DNA of 38,511 bases from an uncultured Zetaproteobacteria bacterium (GTDB taxonomy: Bacteria; Pseudomonadota; Zetaproteobacteria; Mariprofundales; Mariprofundaceae), in contig CAZXAI010000001.1 of the NCBI GenBank assembly GCA_964638265.1, positions 1 through 38,511 of the forward strand. The letters run 5' to 3'. Shown piece by piece: positions 1 to 8,759 of this stretch. The number at the start of each line of letters is the position of its first letter. Position 1 is the stretch's first letter. Under the pieces are notes generated by a model, which saw only the letters and a list, made by a program, of their open reading frames with translations, was not told where the DNA came from and ran no database searches. The translations under genes and the position numbers were made by a program.

Positions 1-268
1 CGGCGCCTTCTTCATGGCTGGTTTCCGCATTGCTCCATGCGATGAGGCCAAAAACCGTGATTTCTTTGTCCCCCAGCCTGTAGTGCAACGCTATCTTGCT
101 GCCGGCATGGAATCGAACGGCCACCGACAGACAGGCGCCAAATGGTGAAATATCCACCAGTTTCCAGACGCCCCATGTTTTGTTATCCACCAATAGCAGC
201 AATTCGCCATCCGGTTGCAATTCCAGATTAAAACAATACCTGTCACTTTTGCGGCGTTCAGTTATCAC
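1..268 (-). CDS. PilZ-domain (c-di-GMP receptor-like) protein, 5' part; runs off the window start; not in the ORF track
   Basis: Manual translation from GTG at 268 (AGGAG RBS upstream) gives MITERRKSDRYCFNLELQPDGELLLLVDNKTWGVWKLVDISPFGACLSVAVRFHAGSKIALHYRLGDKEITVFGLIAWSNAETSHEEGA. It contains RxxxR (RKSDR), DxSxxG (DISPFG) and the downstream Gxx(V/A)W strand typical of PilZ. Confidence 0.85.
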   Translation of the reverse strand, partial: MITERRKSDRYCFNLELQPDGELLLLVDNKTWGVWKLVDISPFGACLSVAVRFHAGSKIALHYRLGDKEITVFGLIAWSNAETSHEEGA

Positions 269-311
269 AGTAAATCTCCTGATCGTGGGATGATGGCGTG
301 ATTTATTGCTC

Positions 312-351
312 TTGAGTAACAAAATGGTGAGTATACCATTTGGTTACTCAA
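312..351. repeat. 17-bp inverted repeat (1 mismatch) with 6-bp spacer between divergent genes
   Basis: TTGAGTAACAAAATGGT-gagtat-ACCATTTGGTTACTCAA. Confidence 0.8.
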
Positions 352-534
352 TCGTTGGGTGTTCGCAGCGCGACCTGAGTCGCTATTCAACCAGCAATCC
401 GACCATGTAGTCTAATTTCATTGGCCAGCTTATCATAAGCCTGCTCAGATGATGTGACGGTGCTCACGAGTTGGTTTTCGATGCTCTTGCCTGACATTGC
501 ATTTTTTCCGCTGCCGCCATATGCTGGTGCAACG

Positions 535-2184
535 ATGGAATATACTTACCTCAATGATATCGTGATCATGCTGGCTGCGACCGTCCTGGCTGTGGTGCTG
601 TTTCTGCGCATGAGCTTGCCGCCTATTCTGGCCTACCTCGTGGTCGGCGTGGCGGTGGGCCCGTTTGGTTTCGGGCTGATCAGCGATGTGGAGCATATCA
701 GTATCTTTGCCGAATTCGGCGTGGTATTCCTGCTGTTTTCCATCGGGCTGGAATTCTCGGTGTCATTATTGATGCGTATGAAAGCGGTCGTTCTGGGCCT
801 TGGCAGCGTCCAGGTCTGGTTGACGGCAGCAATCACGGCGGCTGTCGCTTATGTTATCGGCCTGTCAGCGGAGAGTGCACTGGTGCTCGGCGGCATTATT
901 GCCATGTCATCCACGGCGCTGGTCACCAAACAACTGGCTGATCAGGCCGAGCTGCATACGCGCCATGGCCGCAACAGTGTCGGCATACTGCTGTTTCAGG
1001 ATTTAATGGTCGTGCCGTTCCTGATTCTGGTCACCAACCTGACCGGCGCGGCCAGTCAGATATCGTTGTTGACCGTACTTGTTTCGCTGGCCGAAGCTGC
1101 ACTGGCACTGTTGTTTATCCTGGCTTTCGGACGCTGGGTGCTCAGGCCGCTGTTCCGGGAGGTGGCCGGATTTCGCTCGGCTGAACTGTTTACCTTAACC
1201 GTTTTGCTGGTCGTGCTGTGTTCGGCCTGGCTGACTTACAGTATCGGCCTGTCTTTTGTGCTCGGTGCATTTCTGGCCGGCGTCATGCTCAGCGAAACCG
1301 AGTTCAGACATCAGGTGGATGCAGAAATTCGTCCGTTCCGGGATTTGCTGCTGGGTCTGTTTTTTATCACCATCGGCATGATGCTCGATATTGCTATCCT
1401 GCCTTCGATCTGGTTGCAGGTATTGCTGCTGCTGCTGACCTTGATCCTGTTCAAGTTCGCCGTGGTTGCGCTGTTCTGTCGTTTGGGGGGCTGGAATAAT
1501 GCGGTGTCTGTGCGTACCGGCCTGGTGCTGGCGCATGGCGGTGAGTTCGGTTTTGCCATTCTGGTGATGGCCATAGGCGGCGGTATTTTGAGTCCGGCTG
1601 TCGGGCAGACGGTGCTGGCGGCGATGCTGTTCAGCATGGTGCTGGCACCGATGATGATTCGTTATAATGGCAATATTGCCGCGATGCTGCTGCCGCGATC
1701 CATGCAGCAGAGCCGCCAGGAAATCAGCGACCGCATCATGGCGACATCCAGCGGTTTAAGTCGTCATGTGATTGTCTGCGGCTACGGCAGGGTGGGCCGG
1801 CACAGCATCGGGTTTCTGAGTCGGCGGAATATCCCGTGCATGGCCATTGATCTGGAACCGCAACAGGTGGAACGCGGTATACAGGAAAATCAGCCGGTGT
1901 CCTACGGCGATGCCGGCAGTCTGGCCTTATTGCATGCCTGCGGCCTGAAGCGCGCATCCGCCCTGGCGCTGACCATGATTGATTTTAATACCGCCATGAA
2001 AATTATTGGCCGGGTGCGTTCTGTGGACGGCGATATCCCCATCATTGTCAGAACGCGCAAGGAAATACATCTGTATCAACTCTATCAGGCCGGTGCGACG
2101 GAAGTGGTGGCGGATACCTTTGGCAGCGATCAGATGCTTACCGATGAAATGCTGGCGCGGCTGGGCGTGAATGGTGAGGGGTGA
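535..2184 (+). CDS. CPA2-family (Kef-type) monovalent cation:proton antiporter with C-terminal TrkA-N/KTN domain
   Basis: Multi-TM N-terminal part with AEFGVVFLLFSIGLEFS, SSTA, ILLFQD and GEFGF motifs; C-terminal HVIVCGYGRVG Rossmann motif. Start ATG 535 preferred over 454. Confidence 0.92.
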   Translation: MEYTYLNDIVIMLAATVLAVVLFLRMSLPPILAYLVVGVAVGPFGFGLISDVEHISIFAEFGVVFLLFSIGLEFSVSLLMRMKAVVLGLGSVQVWLTAAITAAVAYVIGLSAESALVLGGIIAMSSTALVTKQLADQAELHTRHGRNSVGILLFQDLMVVPFLILVTNLTGAASQISLLTVLVSLAEAALALLFILAFGRWVLRPLFREVAGFRSAELFTLTVLLVVLCSAWLTYSIGLSFVLGAFLAGVMLSETEFRHQVDAEIRPFRDLLLGLFFITIGMMLDIAILPSIWLQVLLLLLTLILFKFAVVALFCRLGGWNNAVSVRTGLVLAHGGEFGFAILVMAIGGGILSPAVGQTVLAAMLFSMVLAPMMIRYNGNIAAMLLPRSMQQSRQEISDRIMATSSGLSRHVIVCGYGRVGRHSIGFLSRRNIPCMAIDLEPQQVERGIQENQPVSYGDAGSLALLHACGLKRASALALTMIDFNTAMKIIGRVRSVDGDIPIIVRTRKEIHLYQLYQAGATEVVADTFGSDQMLTDEMLARLGVNGEG

Positions 2185-2211
2185 GGGGTTTCCTCACGCG
2201 TCATTTGCCCA

Positions 2212-3168
2212 TTACGCTTGCAAAAACAGCAGGTAGAGATAGGCGATAAAACCAGCCAGCAGCAGGGCGCCCTCGAAGCGCTTGATTTTCCCCTGTTTCA
2301 GGCCGAACGAGACGACAAACAGGGCCAGGGTAAAGGCCAGCATGATGGGGAAATCGCGCAACAGGGCCTGCGGCGCAAACGCGCCGGGGTGAATCAGAGC
2401 CGGCATGGCCAGTACGGCCAGCAGATTAAACATATTCGAGCCGATCACATTGCCGATGGCCAGATCGGCCTCGCCTTTCAGGGCGCTGGTGATCGATGCC
2501 ACCAGTTCCGGCAGGCTGGTGCCAATGGCGACGATGGTTAAACCGATCATCAGATCACTGACGCCGAGACCATGCGCCACGGCCACCGCGCCCCAGACCA
2601 CCATGCGGGAACTGACAATCAGCACCAGCAAACCGATGATGAACCACAATACAGATTGCTGCATGCTCATTTGATCCGGAATAGATTCGGTGAGCTCCTG
2701 CACCAGCGGATCATGCCGGTCTTTCAGGCCGATGCGGGCAATCCATATCAGCATCAGCACCAGCCCGGCCAGCAGCATGATACCATCTGAAAAATTCAGC
2801 ACGCCATCGGACATCAGTACAAAGGCGAATGCAGTGACCAGAAACAGCACCGGCATTTCCCGGCGCAGCGTCATCGATTGTACGGCCAGCGGCATAATCA
2901 GGGCAGTCACCCCGAGCACCAGACCGATATTGGCGATATTGGAGCCGAGCGCATTGCCGATGCCCAGGTCGCGGTTGCCATCCAGCGCGGCCACCGCTGC
3001 CACGATCATTTCAGGCAATGATGTGCCGATACTGACGATGGTCAGGCCGATCACGATGGGCGGCACGCGCAGGTTTCTGGCTAGCGAGGATGCGCCATCG
3101 ACAAAGCGGTCAGCACTCCAGACCAGCAGCAGAATGCCAATCAGAATCGCTGCAACAGGCCATAACAT
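2212..3168 (-). CDS. Calcium/sodium antiporter (YrbG/CaCA family)
   Basis: Two alpha-repeats GLTIVSIGTSLPE / GLTIVAIGTSLPE and GNALGSN / GNVIGSN. Confidence 0.93.
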   Translation of the reverse strand: MLWPVAAILIGILLLVWSADRFVDGASSLARNLRVPPIVIGLTIVSIGTSLPEMIVAAVAALDGNRDLGIGNALGSNIANIGLVLGVTALIMPLAVQSMTLRREMPVLFLVTAFAFVLMSDGVLNFSDGIMLLAGLVLMLIWIARIGLKDRHDPLVQELTESIPDQMSMQQSVLWFIIGLLVLIVSSRMVVWGAVAVAHGLGVSDLMIGLTIVAIGTSLPELVASITSALKGEADLAIGNVIGSNMFNLLAVLAMPALIHPGAFAPQALLRDFPIMLAFTLALFVVSFGLKQGKIKRFEGALLLAGFIAYLYLLFLQA

Positions 3169-3175
3169 CAGCTGT

Positions 3176-4066
3176 CTATGCCTGGCCGGTCAGGCGCTCC
3201 AGCGCTTCACGGTATTTTTCAGCGGTTTTGTTTTTGATCTCATCGGGCAGAGCGGGGGCGGGGGGCTGTTTGTCCCAGTCCAGTGTTTCCAGCCAGTCGC
3301 GCACGTACTGTTTGTCGAAGCTGGGCGGGCTGATGCCCGGCTGATATGCGTCCACCGGCCAGAAACGGGAGGAATCCGGTGTCAGCACTTCATCTATCAG
3401 GGTTAATACGCCATCCTCATCCAGCCCGAACTCGAACTTGGTATCGGCAATGATCATGCCCTTTTCCAGCGCGAAGGCGGCGGCCTCGCGGTATAACTGC
3501 AGACTGATATCGCGCATCTGCACCGCCAGCCCGGAATCGATAATTTGGCCCATGCGCTCGAAGCTGATATTTTCATCATGCGCGCCGAGCTCGGCCTTGG
3601 TCGATGGCGTAAAAATGGGTTCCGGCAGTTTATCGGCCATAAGCAGGCCGCTCGGCAATTCGATGCCGCAGATGGAACCGGATTGCTGATACTCCTGCCA
3701 GCCCGAACCAATCAGGTAACCGCGCACAATCGCTTCAATCGGCAGCGGCGTTAAGCGTTTGACCACAATGGCGTGCGACGCCACCTGCCGCCGTTCTTCG
3801 GCATCGGGAATCGCCTCTGCCAGACTCATATCCGAGACGTGGTTGGGCACAATATGCGCCAGTTTGTCGAACCAGAAACCGGATACGGCATTGAGGACAC
3901 TGCCCTTGCCCGGAATCGGCGTCGGCAGAATCACATCGAAGGCGGACAGGCGGTCGGTGGTGACAATCAGCAGGTGCTTGTCATCGATTTCGTACATATC
4001 GCGCACCTTGCCGCTGTGTAGCCGCTTCAGGCATGTGATATCGGCGTGCATCATAGCTGCGGACAT
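3176..4066 (-). CDS. purC: Phosphoribosylaminoimidazole-succinocarboxamide synthase
   Basis: [53 protein letters not shown] motifs; AAGGAG RBS. Confidence 0.97.
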   Translation of the reverse strand: MSAAMMHADITCLKRLHSGKVRDMYEIDDKHLLIVTTDRLSAFDVILPTPIPGKGSVLNAVSGFWFDKLAHIVPNHVSDMSLAEAIPDAEERRQVASHAIVVKRLTPLPIEAIVRGYLIGSGWQEYQQSGSICGIELPSGLLMADKLPEPIFTPSTKAELGAHDENISFERMGQIIDSGLAVQMRDISLQLYREAAAFALEKGMIIADTKFEFGLDEDGVLTLIDEVLTPDSSRFWPVDAYQPGISPPSFDKQYVRDWLETLDWDKQPPAPALPDEIKNKTAEKYREALERLTGQA

Positions 4067-4196
4067 GGGAACTCCTTGAAAAAACCGCCGGAGCGGAAAA
4101 AAACGCTTTGATAATCAGCGGCGCAGGCTACACAATTGATCAGTCCCATAAAGCACGAGGCTATGAAGCTGGCCAGCGTTATGCTATAAATGAGGC

Positions 4197-4442
4197 ATGA
4201 AATCATTTTCCCTATGGCGACCGCACCCCTGGCACGGGCTGGATGTCGGAGCCGAACCGCCTCGTCGGGTGCATGCCTATATCGAAATCAGCCCCTTTGA
4301 TATCAGCTACAAGTTGGCACCCGGACATCCGCAGCATGTGTCTATCGGCGAGCCGTACGGTTTTGAGCATGCCACGAAAGTCATTGAAGCGGCCATGGCC
4401 GGTTATCTGGACGAGTTTGGCGCCAACCTCGAAACGACCTGA
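4197..4442 (+). pseudogene. ppa: Family I inorganic pyrophosphatase with a large in-frame internal deletion (81 aa remnant)
   Basis: N-terminal WRPHPWHGL...HAYIEISPFD is joined directly to the C-terminal SYKLAPG...VSIGEPYGFEHATKVIEAAMAGY; the KYE..DR..YGF..DGDPLD..DDK core is absent. Confidence 0.75.
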
Positions 4443-4455
4443 TTGGCCTGACGTT

Positions 4456-5361
4456 TTATGCCTGAGCATCGTGCTGATCTGTAAGAATGGCGTCGATGGC
4501 GTGATCGAGTTGCGTCAGCCATGCCATGGGCGGCGTGAAATAATGTGCGTACAGTCCGGCGAAACAGTGTTGCCGTTGCCGTACTGCTGAGGCGATGAGC
4601 GTGTCGAGACCTGCGTATTGTGCAGCCGCCCGTTGCAGGGTTGCACTGAATACAAATAGATCGTGGCAGGCACCGAGTTGTTGCTGCAATAATTTGAGGT
4701 GACGCAGGGATTGTTGGCAACGGCTGTTTCCGGTCTTGAAGGGTTCGAGCAGGTAGCGCATTTGTTTGATCGTGATGCGGCACTTATGCAGTTGTTTGCG
4801 GGATGGCTGAGATGCTTTGGCGCTGATGATCCGGCTGATCTGGTCTGAAAGCCTGGACAAGCGGCATTTCAGAACGGGGTGGGCATGGTAGATGAATGCA
4901 GCCCTGGCATGAATGCGGGCAGTTGGTTTTAGAGCCTGCTGTATATCGTGTTTTATTGCGGGCCAACAGGCATTGATGCATTCGATTGAACTGCGCCTTT
5001 CCTGCTCCAGCTGAGTGTGGATGCGGTTCACGTAATACCGGGTGGGCTGCAAGCTGCTGTGTGTGATTTGACGGCGTAGCCATTGGTCGAATACTTCCAT
5101 ATCCCGGCAAGGGTTGGTTGCAGTGCTCAGGCTGGAAATATCCCGGATCACGCTGTGTTCAATATTAATCGTGTCAGCGAACGCTTGTAGCCAGCTATGC
5201 AGGTATCTGAGTGCGACGCGAAAGTCGTGCAGGGCTTCTGCGTTGCTTGCCATGTGTTCGGCGGCCACATCTGCCATACGGATGAATCCGGCCAGTTGAG
5301 CGCCTGTGAATGCGGCGCTGTCCGTGTCGGAATCTGGCGGGTGACGCCGTTCATCGCTCAT
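4456..5361 (-). CDS. CHAD-domain (polyphosphate-binding) protein
   Basis: Repeated His/Arg motifs EALHDFRVALR, RDMEV, LHKCRITIKQMRYLLE, LQQQLGACHD. Confidence 0.85.
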   Translation of the reverse strand: MSDERRHPPDSDTDSAAFTGAQLAGFIRMADVAAEHMASNAEALHDFRVALRYLHSWLQAFADTINIEHSVIRDISSLSTATNPCRDMEVFDQWLRRQITHSSLQPTRYYVNRIHTQLEQERRSSIECINACWPAIKHDIQQALKPTARIHARAAFIYHAHPVLKCRLSRLSDQISRIISAKASQPSRKQLHKCRITIKQMRYLLEPFKTGNSRCQQSLRHLKLLQQQLGACHDLFVFSATLQRAAAQYAGLDTLIASAVRQRQHCFAGLYAHYFTPPMAWLTQLDHAIDAILTDQHDAQA

Positions 5362-5416
5362 CGGGGCTGCTATTGATCTGCCTTGTGTAAACAGTCTGTT
5401 ATGGCGCGCCGGAGCG

Positions 5417-5980
5417 TTATTGACCGAGCATGGCTTTTTTCAGATCCGAGTCCGCCGGTTTTTTGCCCAGCCAGACCGCCAGCAGGGCCTGCTGGAAATC
5501 CGCCCCTTCGATCACGCCTTTTTCGCTGCCGTTAATGCTGACATGGGTGCTGCCGTCACTGAGCAGGTCGAATACGATGGCGTCGCCACGGTGTGCGGTT
5601 ACGAAGAAGGCGTTGAAGCTGTTGAGCCTGTCTTGCAAGTGCTGCATCTGTGGGCCGGACTGGTTTTTCCTGAAACCTGTCTCCCAGCCGTTGGTGAGTC
5701 TTTCCCTGTCCACTTCGCCATACAGAATGTTCATTGTGATGCGCTTGTTGCCGGTGGCGGCGAGAATAGCCTTTGCACTGGATGCCGGTTGTTCCAGATA
5801 CAGGCCGCCGACATAGATATCGAAAAAGAATTTGCTGCGGATGCCGGCACCGTTGAGTTGCAGCCTCTTGCCTTGCAGTTGAATCGAGTCGGGCAGGGTG
5901 ACGCCTTCAATCTCAACGGCCGCAGACAGCGCCGGTAGCAGGAGCAGAACAGTGAGGAATAATAAGCGAGCAGATTTCAT
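5417..5980 (-). CDS. Exported chalcone-isomerase-like fold protein
   Basis: Signal peptide; LNGAGIRSKFFFDIYVGGLYL and FQQALLAVWLGKKPADSDLKKAMLG family motifs. Confidence 0.88.
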   Translation of the reverse strand: MKSARLLFLTVLLLLPALSAAVEIEGVTLPDSIQLQGKRLQLNGAGIRSKFFFDIYVGGLYLEQPASSAKAILAATGNKRITMNILYGEVDRERLTNGWETGFRKNQSGPQMQHLQDRLNSFNAFFVTAHRGDAIVFDLLSDGSTHVSINGSEKGVIEGADFQQALLAVWLGKKPADSDLKKAMLGQ

Positions 5981-6114
5981 GCGAGCCTCCGAGGTTGCAT
6001 TACCCTCCGATTAAAAACCAAAAACGGAAAAACTGCAAGCCTTGCCTGCGTACGGCTACATGGCGGCATACCGGGTTCAGCTAAAACCCCGGACTGACCG
6101 GCATGTCCCAAAAA

Positions 6115-6130
6115 TGGCATGGCGATTGCT
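6115..6130 (+). promoter_or_regulatory. sigma54 -24/-12 promoter
   Basis: TGGCATGGCGATTGCT = GG-N10-GC, close to the TGGCACG-N4-TTGCW consensus. Confidence 0.65.
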
Positions 6131-6141
6131 CGTACATGGTT

Positions 6142-6972
6142 ATGAATCATTATCTGGATGTCGGGTCAGCCGCATGGGCCGGGAAAGCGATCAAGCTGCC
6201 GGAGCCGGCGGGCGCGCAAACAACTGACGGTTTATTTCAGCAGTATCTGGACAGGAGTAGCGCTGCGCCGCTGCACACGTTGACGCCCGATACCATTCGG
6301 TTCCTGGCGGAGAACCTGATTTCGGCACTGGATCGATCCAGTATGCATGCCATGTTTTTCGATGTGAACGACGGGCCGGGGAACGCATCCGCCAATCTGT
6401 TGTCATCCACCAATCTGTTGTCGACCGATGTGTTGATGGCCATGCGTCACAGCGCCAGGCAGCCAACACCTCCTGTGCAGGAAAAGCCGGTGCATGCGCC
6501 GGCCCCGGTATTAGCTCCGGTCAGCGAGCTGGCGGCTGGCATGAAGGCAACGGCGCAGACCGGCGAAACAGGGATGCCGTCCGCCAGTAGCGGGGGTAAA
6601 TACGCCTCGATCATTGCATCTGCCGCAGCCACTCACGGGCTGGATCCGAAACTGATTGCGGCGGTGGTTCAGGCGGAAAGCGGCTTTAATGCACAGGCGG
6701 TATCGCCGGTCGGCGCGCAGGGCCTGATGCAGCTGATGCCGGCCACGGCGGCGGAGCTCGGGGTGCGCGATGCCTTCAATCCGGAACAGAATATTCAGGC
6801 TGGCAGCAGATATCTGAAACGGCTGCTGGATCGTTATGACGGGGATACAGGGCTGGCGCTGGCGGCCTACAACTGGGGCATGGGCAACCTCGAACGCCAT
6901 CCTGAACGCATGCCGCAGGAGACAATCAACTACGTCGCTAAGATAACCGGCCTGATGAACAAGACGGCCTGA
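6142..6972 (+). CDS. Soluble lytic transglycosylase (SLT domain) with a low-complexity N-terminal region
   Basis: LIAAVVQAESGFNAQAVSPVGAQGLMQLMPAT and LALAAYNWG motifs; start uncertain (6103/6136/6142). Confidence 0.9.
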   Translation: MNHYLDVGSAAWAGKAIKLPEPAGAQTTDGLFQQYLDRSSAAPLHTLTPDTIRFLAENLISALDRSSMHAMFFDVNDGPGNASANLLSSTNLLSTDVLMAMRHSARQPTPPVQEKPVHAPAPVLAPVSELAAGMKATAQTGETGMPSASSGGKYASIIASAAATHGLDPKLIAAVVQAESGFNAQAVSPVGAQGLMQLMPATAAELGVRDAFNPEQNIQAGSRYLKRLLDRYDGDTGLALAAYNWGMGNLERHPERMPQETINYVAKITGLMNKTA

Positions 6973-7100
6973 ACGGCCAACACACCGGATGCGGGGCTGA
7001 TTCAATCTGCATATATTCATTCACTGGTTTACGAAATGCTTGTCATTGAGCAGCGTTAAGCATTGACATGGAACAAACAACGCGAATCAGGGGAATCGTT

Positions 7101-7754
7101 GTGAATAAATTCATCACATTTGAAGGCGTGGATGGTTGCGGCAAGAGTACGCAATTGAAACGTGCAGCGGCATGCTTGCGCCGGCTGGGTCAGGATGTTG
7201 TGACGACATTTGAGCCGGGTGATACCGGGCTCGGTAAAGAGATTCGCATGTTGCTGCTGTCCGGTGATTTCATGCCGGTGCCGGAGTCGGAACTGTTACT
7301 GTTTCTGGCCGACCGGGCCCAGCATGTGCGGGAGGTGATTCAGCCGGCCCTGCAATCCGGTGCATGGGTGTTGTGCGACCGCTATTCCGATTCGACACTG
7401 GCCTATCAGCTGGCGGCGCGCAAACTGGGGCAGGGCGCACCCGAGCTGACAACCAACCTGAAAGAAATGCTCGACTTTGCCGAGTGCGGGGTGCGTCCGG
7501 GGCTGACCTTATGGTTTGATGTGCCGGTAGCCGAGGCGATGCGGCGCATGCAACAACGGGCCGAGAGTGGTGAGCAGGCAAGCCGGATCGATGATGAAGC
7601 GGCTTCTTTCCATGAACGTGTGGCGGCGGCATTCGGGCAGCAGCATGCCAGTGAGGGTGAGCGCATTGTGCGTATTGATGCGGAATGCGGTATGGATGAT
7701 GTGGAACATCTGGTGCTGGATGTATTGAAACAGCGTTTCGGGTTGACCGCATGA
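7101..7754 (+). CDS. tmk: Thymidylate kinase
   Basis: FITFEGVDGCGKSTQ P-loop, LLFLADRAQH, VLCDRYSDSTLAYQ; GTG start at 7101 preferred. Confidence 0.96.
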   Translation: MNKFITFEGVDGCGKSTQLKRAAACLRRLGQDVVTTFEPGDTGLGKEIRMLLLSGDFMPVPESELLLFLADRAQHVREVIQPALQSGAWVLCDRYSDSTLAYQLAARKLGQGAPELTTNLKEMLDFAECGVRPGLTLWFDVPVAEAMRRMQQRAESGEQASRIDDEAASFHERVAAAFGQQHASEGERIVRIDAECGMDDVEHLVLDVLKQRFGLTA

Positions 7755-8695
7755 ACCGTTTGATTGGCCATGATGCCACCCTGGCGCGTTTTTCTGAGGC
7801 GTTGGCCGCCGATACCCTGCATCATGCATGGCTGTTGTACGGCATGAAAGGCATCGGCAAACACACGCTGGCCGAACATCTGGCCGGATTACTGATGTGT
7901 GATACGCATGCTGCATGCGGCGACTGCCATGGCTGCAGGATGCTGGCGGCAGGTTCGCACCCGGATGTGTTCCGGCTCGGTTTGATTGAAGGTAAGCGTG
8001 ATCTGAATATTGAACAGGTGCGCTCGGTGTTGTCGTTTTTGTCCCTGAGTGGTGCGGAGAGCGGGCGGCGTGTAGTGGTGCTCGATGATGCGGAACGCAT
8101 GAATAATCAGGCGGCCAATGCCTTGTTAAAAGGCCTGGAAGAGCCGTCGGCAGGCAGTGTGTTATTGATGGTCTGTTCTGATCTGGAACGTTTGCCTGCC
8201 ACCATACGTTCGCGCTGCATGTTGCAACAATGTGCGCCGTTGGCCGATGCGGATGTGCGGCTCGTGTTGCAACAGCAGGAGAATCCGGTGCAGGAGCAAT
8301 ATGTGGATTTGGCGGTGAGCCTGGCCGATGGTTGTCCGGGTGCGGTGCGTGATTTGCAGGCAGAAGCCACTGCCAGGGCATTGCTGGAATGGCAGACATT
8401 GATCGCCGATCCGGTCAGTGCGGATGTAGGCAACATCGAAGCCTGGATTCGAACACATGTTAAAACCGTACCGCACCTGCTGATCGCGCGCCTGCTCATG
8501 CAATCTGTGTCTCCGGTCTTGTCGGCGGCTGGTGATGCAGCGGCATTTCAAAGCAGGCAGGCATTGCAGCAGGCGCTGTTTGACTGCGTGCGCTGGCCGG
8601 GTGATGTACTGCGTCACAGTCTGCGTGCCGGGCCTGCGTTGCTGGCCTGTATGCTGCAATTACGCACGGCATTGCGAGAAATAAAAAACGTCTGA
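7751..8695 (+). CDS. holB: DNA polymerase III delta' subunit
   Basis: HHAWLLYGMKGIGK, Zn cluster C..CGDCHGC, HPDV, AANALLKGLEEP, TIRSRC; ATGA overlap with tmk. Confidence 0.93.
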   Translation: MNRLIGHDATLARFSEALAADTLHHAWLLYGMKGIGKHTLAEHLAGLLMCDTHAACGDCHGCRMLAAGSHPDVFRLGLIEGKRDLNIEQVRSVLSFLSLSGAESGRRVVVLDDAERMNNQAANALLKGLEEPSAGSVLLMVCSDLERLPATIRSRCMLQQCAPLADADVRLVLQQQENPVQEQYVDLAVSLADGCPGAVRDLQAEATARALLEWQTLIADPVSADVGNIEAWIRTHVKTVPHLLIARLLMQSVSPVLSAAGDAAAFQSRQALQQALFDCVRWPGDVLRHSLRAGPALLACMLQLRTALREIKNV

Positions 8696-8759
8696 GTCCG
8701 GTTGAATGTTTCACCCTGGCGCAGACAGACCCGGTCAGATCAGAGCGCAGTTCACCAGA

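Noticed and set aside
150-192. Two DnaA-box-like TATCCACCA repeats
   Set aside because: They fall inside the minus-strand PilZ CDS and are explained by repeated Leu-Val-Asp codons.
294-310. sigma54-like TGGCGTGATTTATTGCT
   Set aside because: The GG-to-GC spacing is 11 bp, not the required 10.
2181-2197. GTGAGG-ggttt-CCTCAC hairpin between the convergent antiporter genes
   Set aside because: The stem is short with no U-tract on either strand, too weak to call a terminator.
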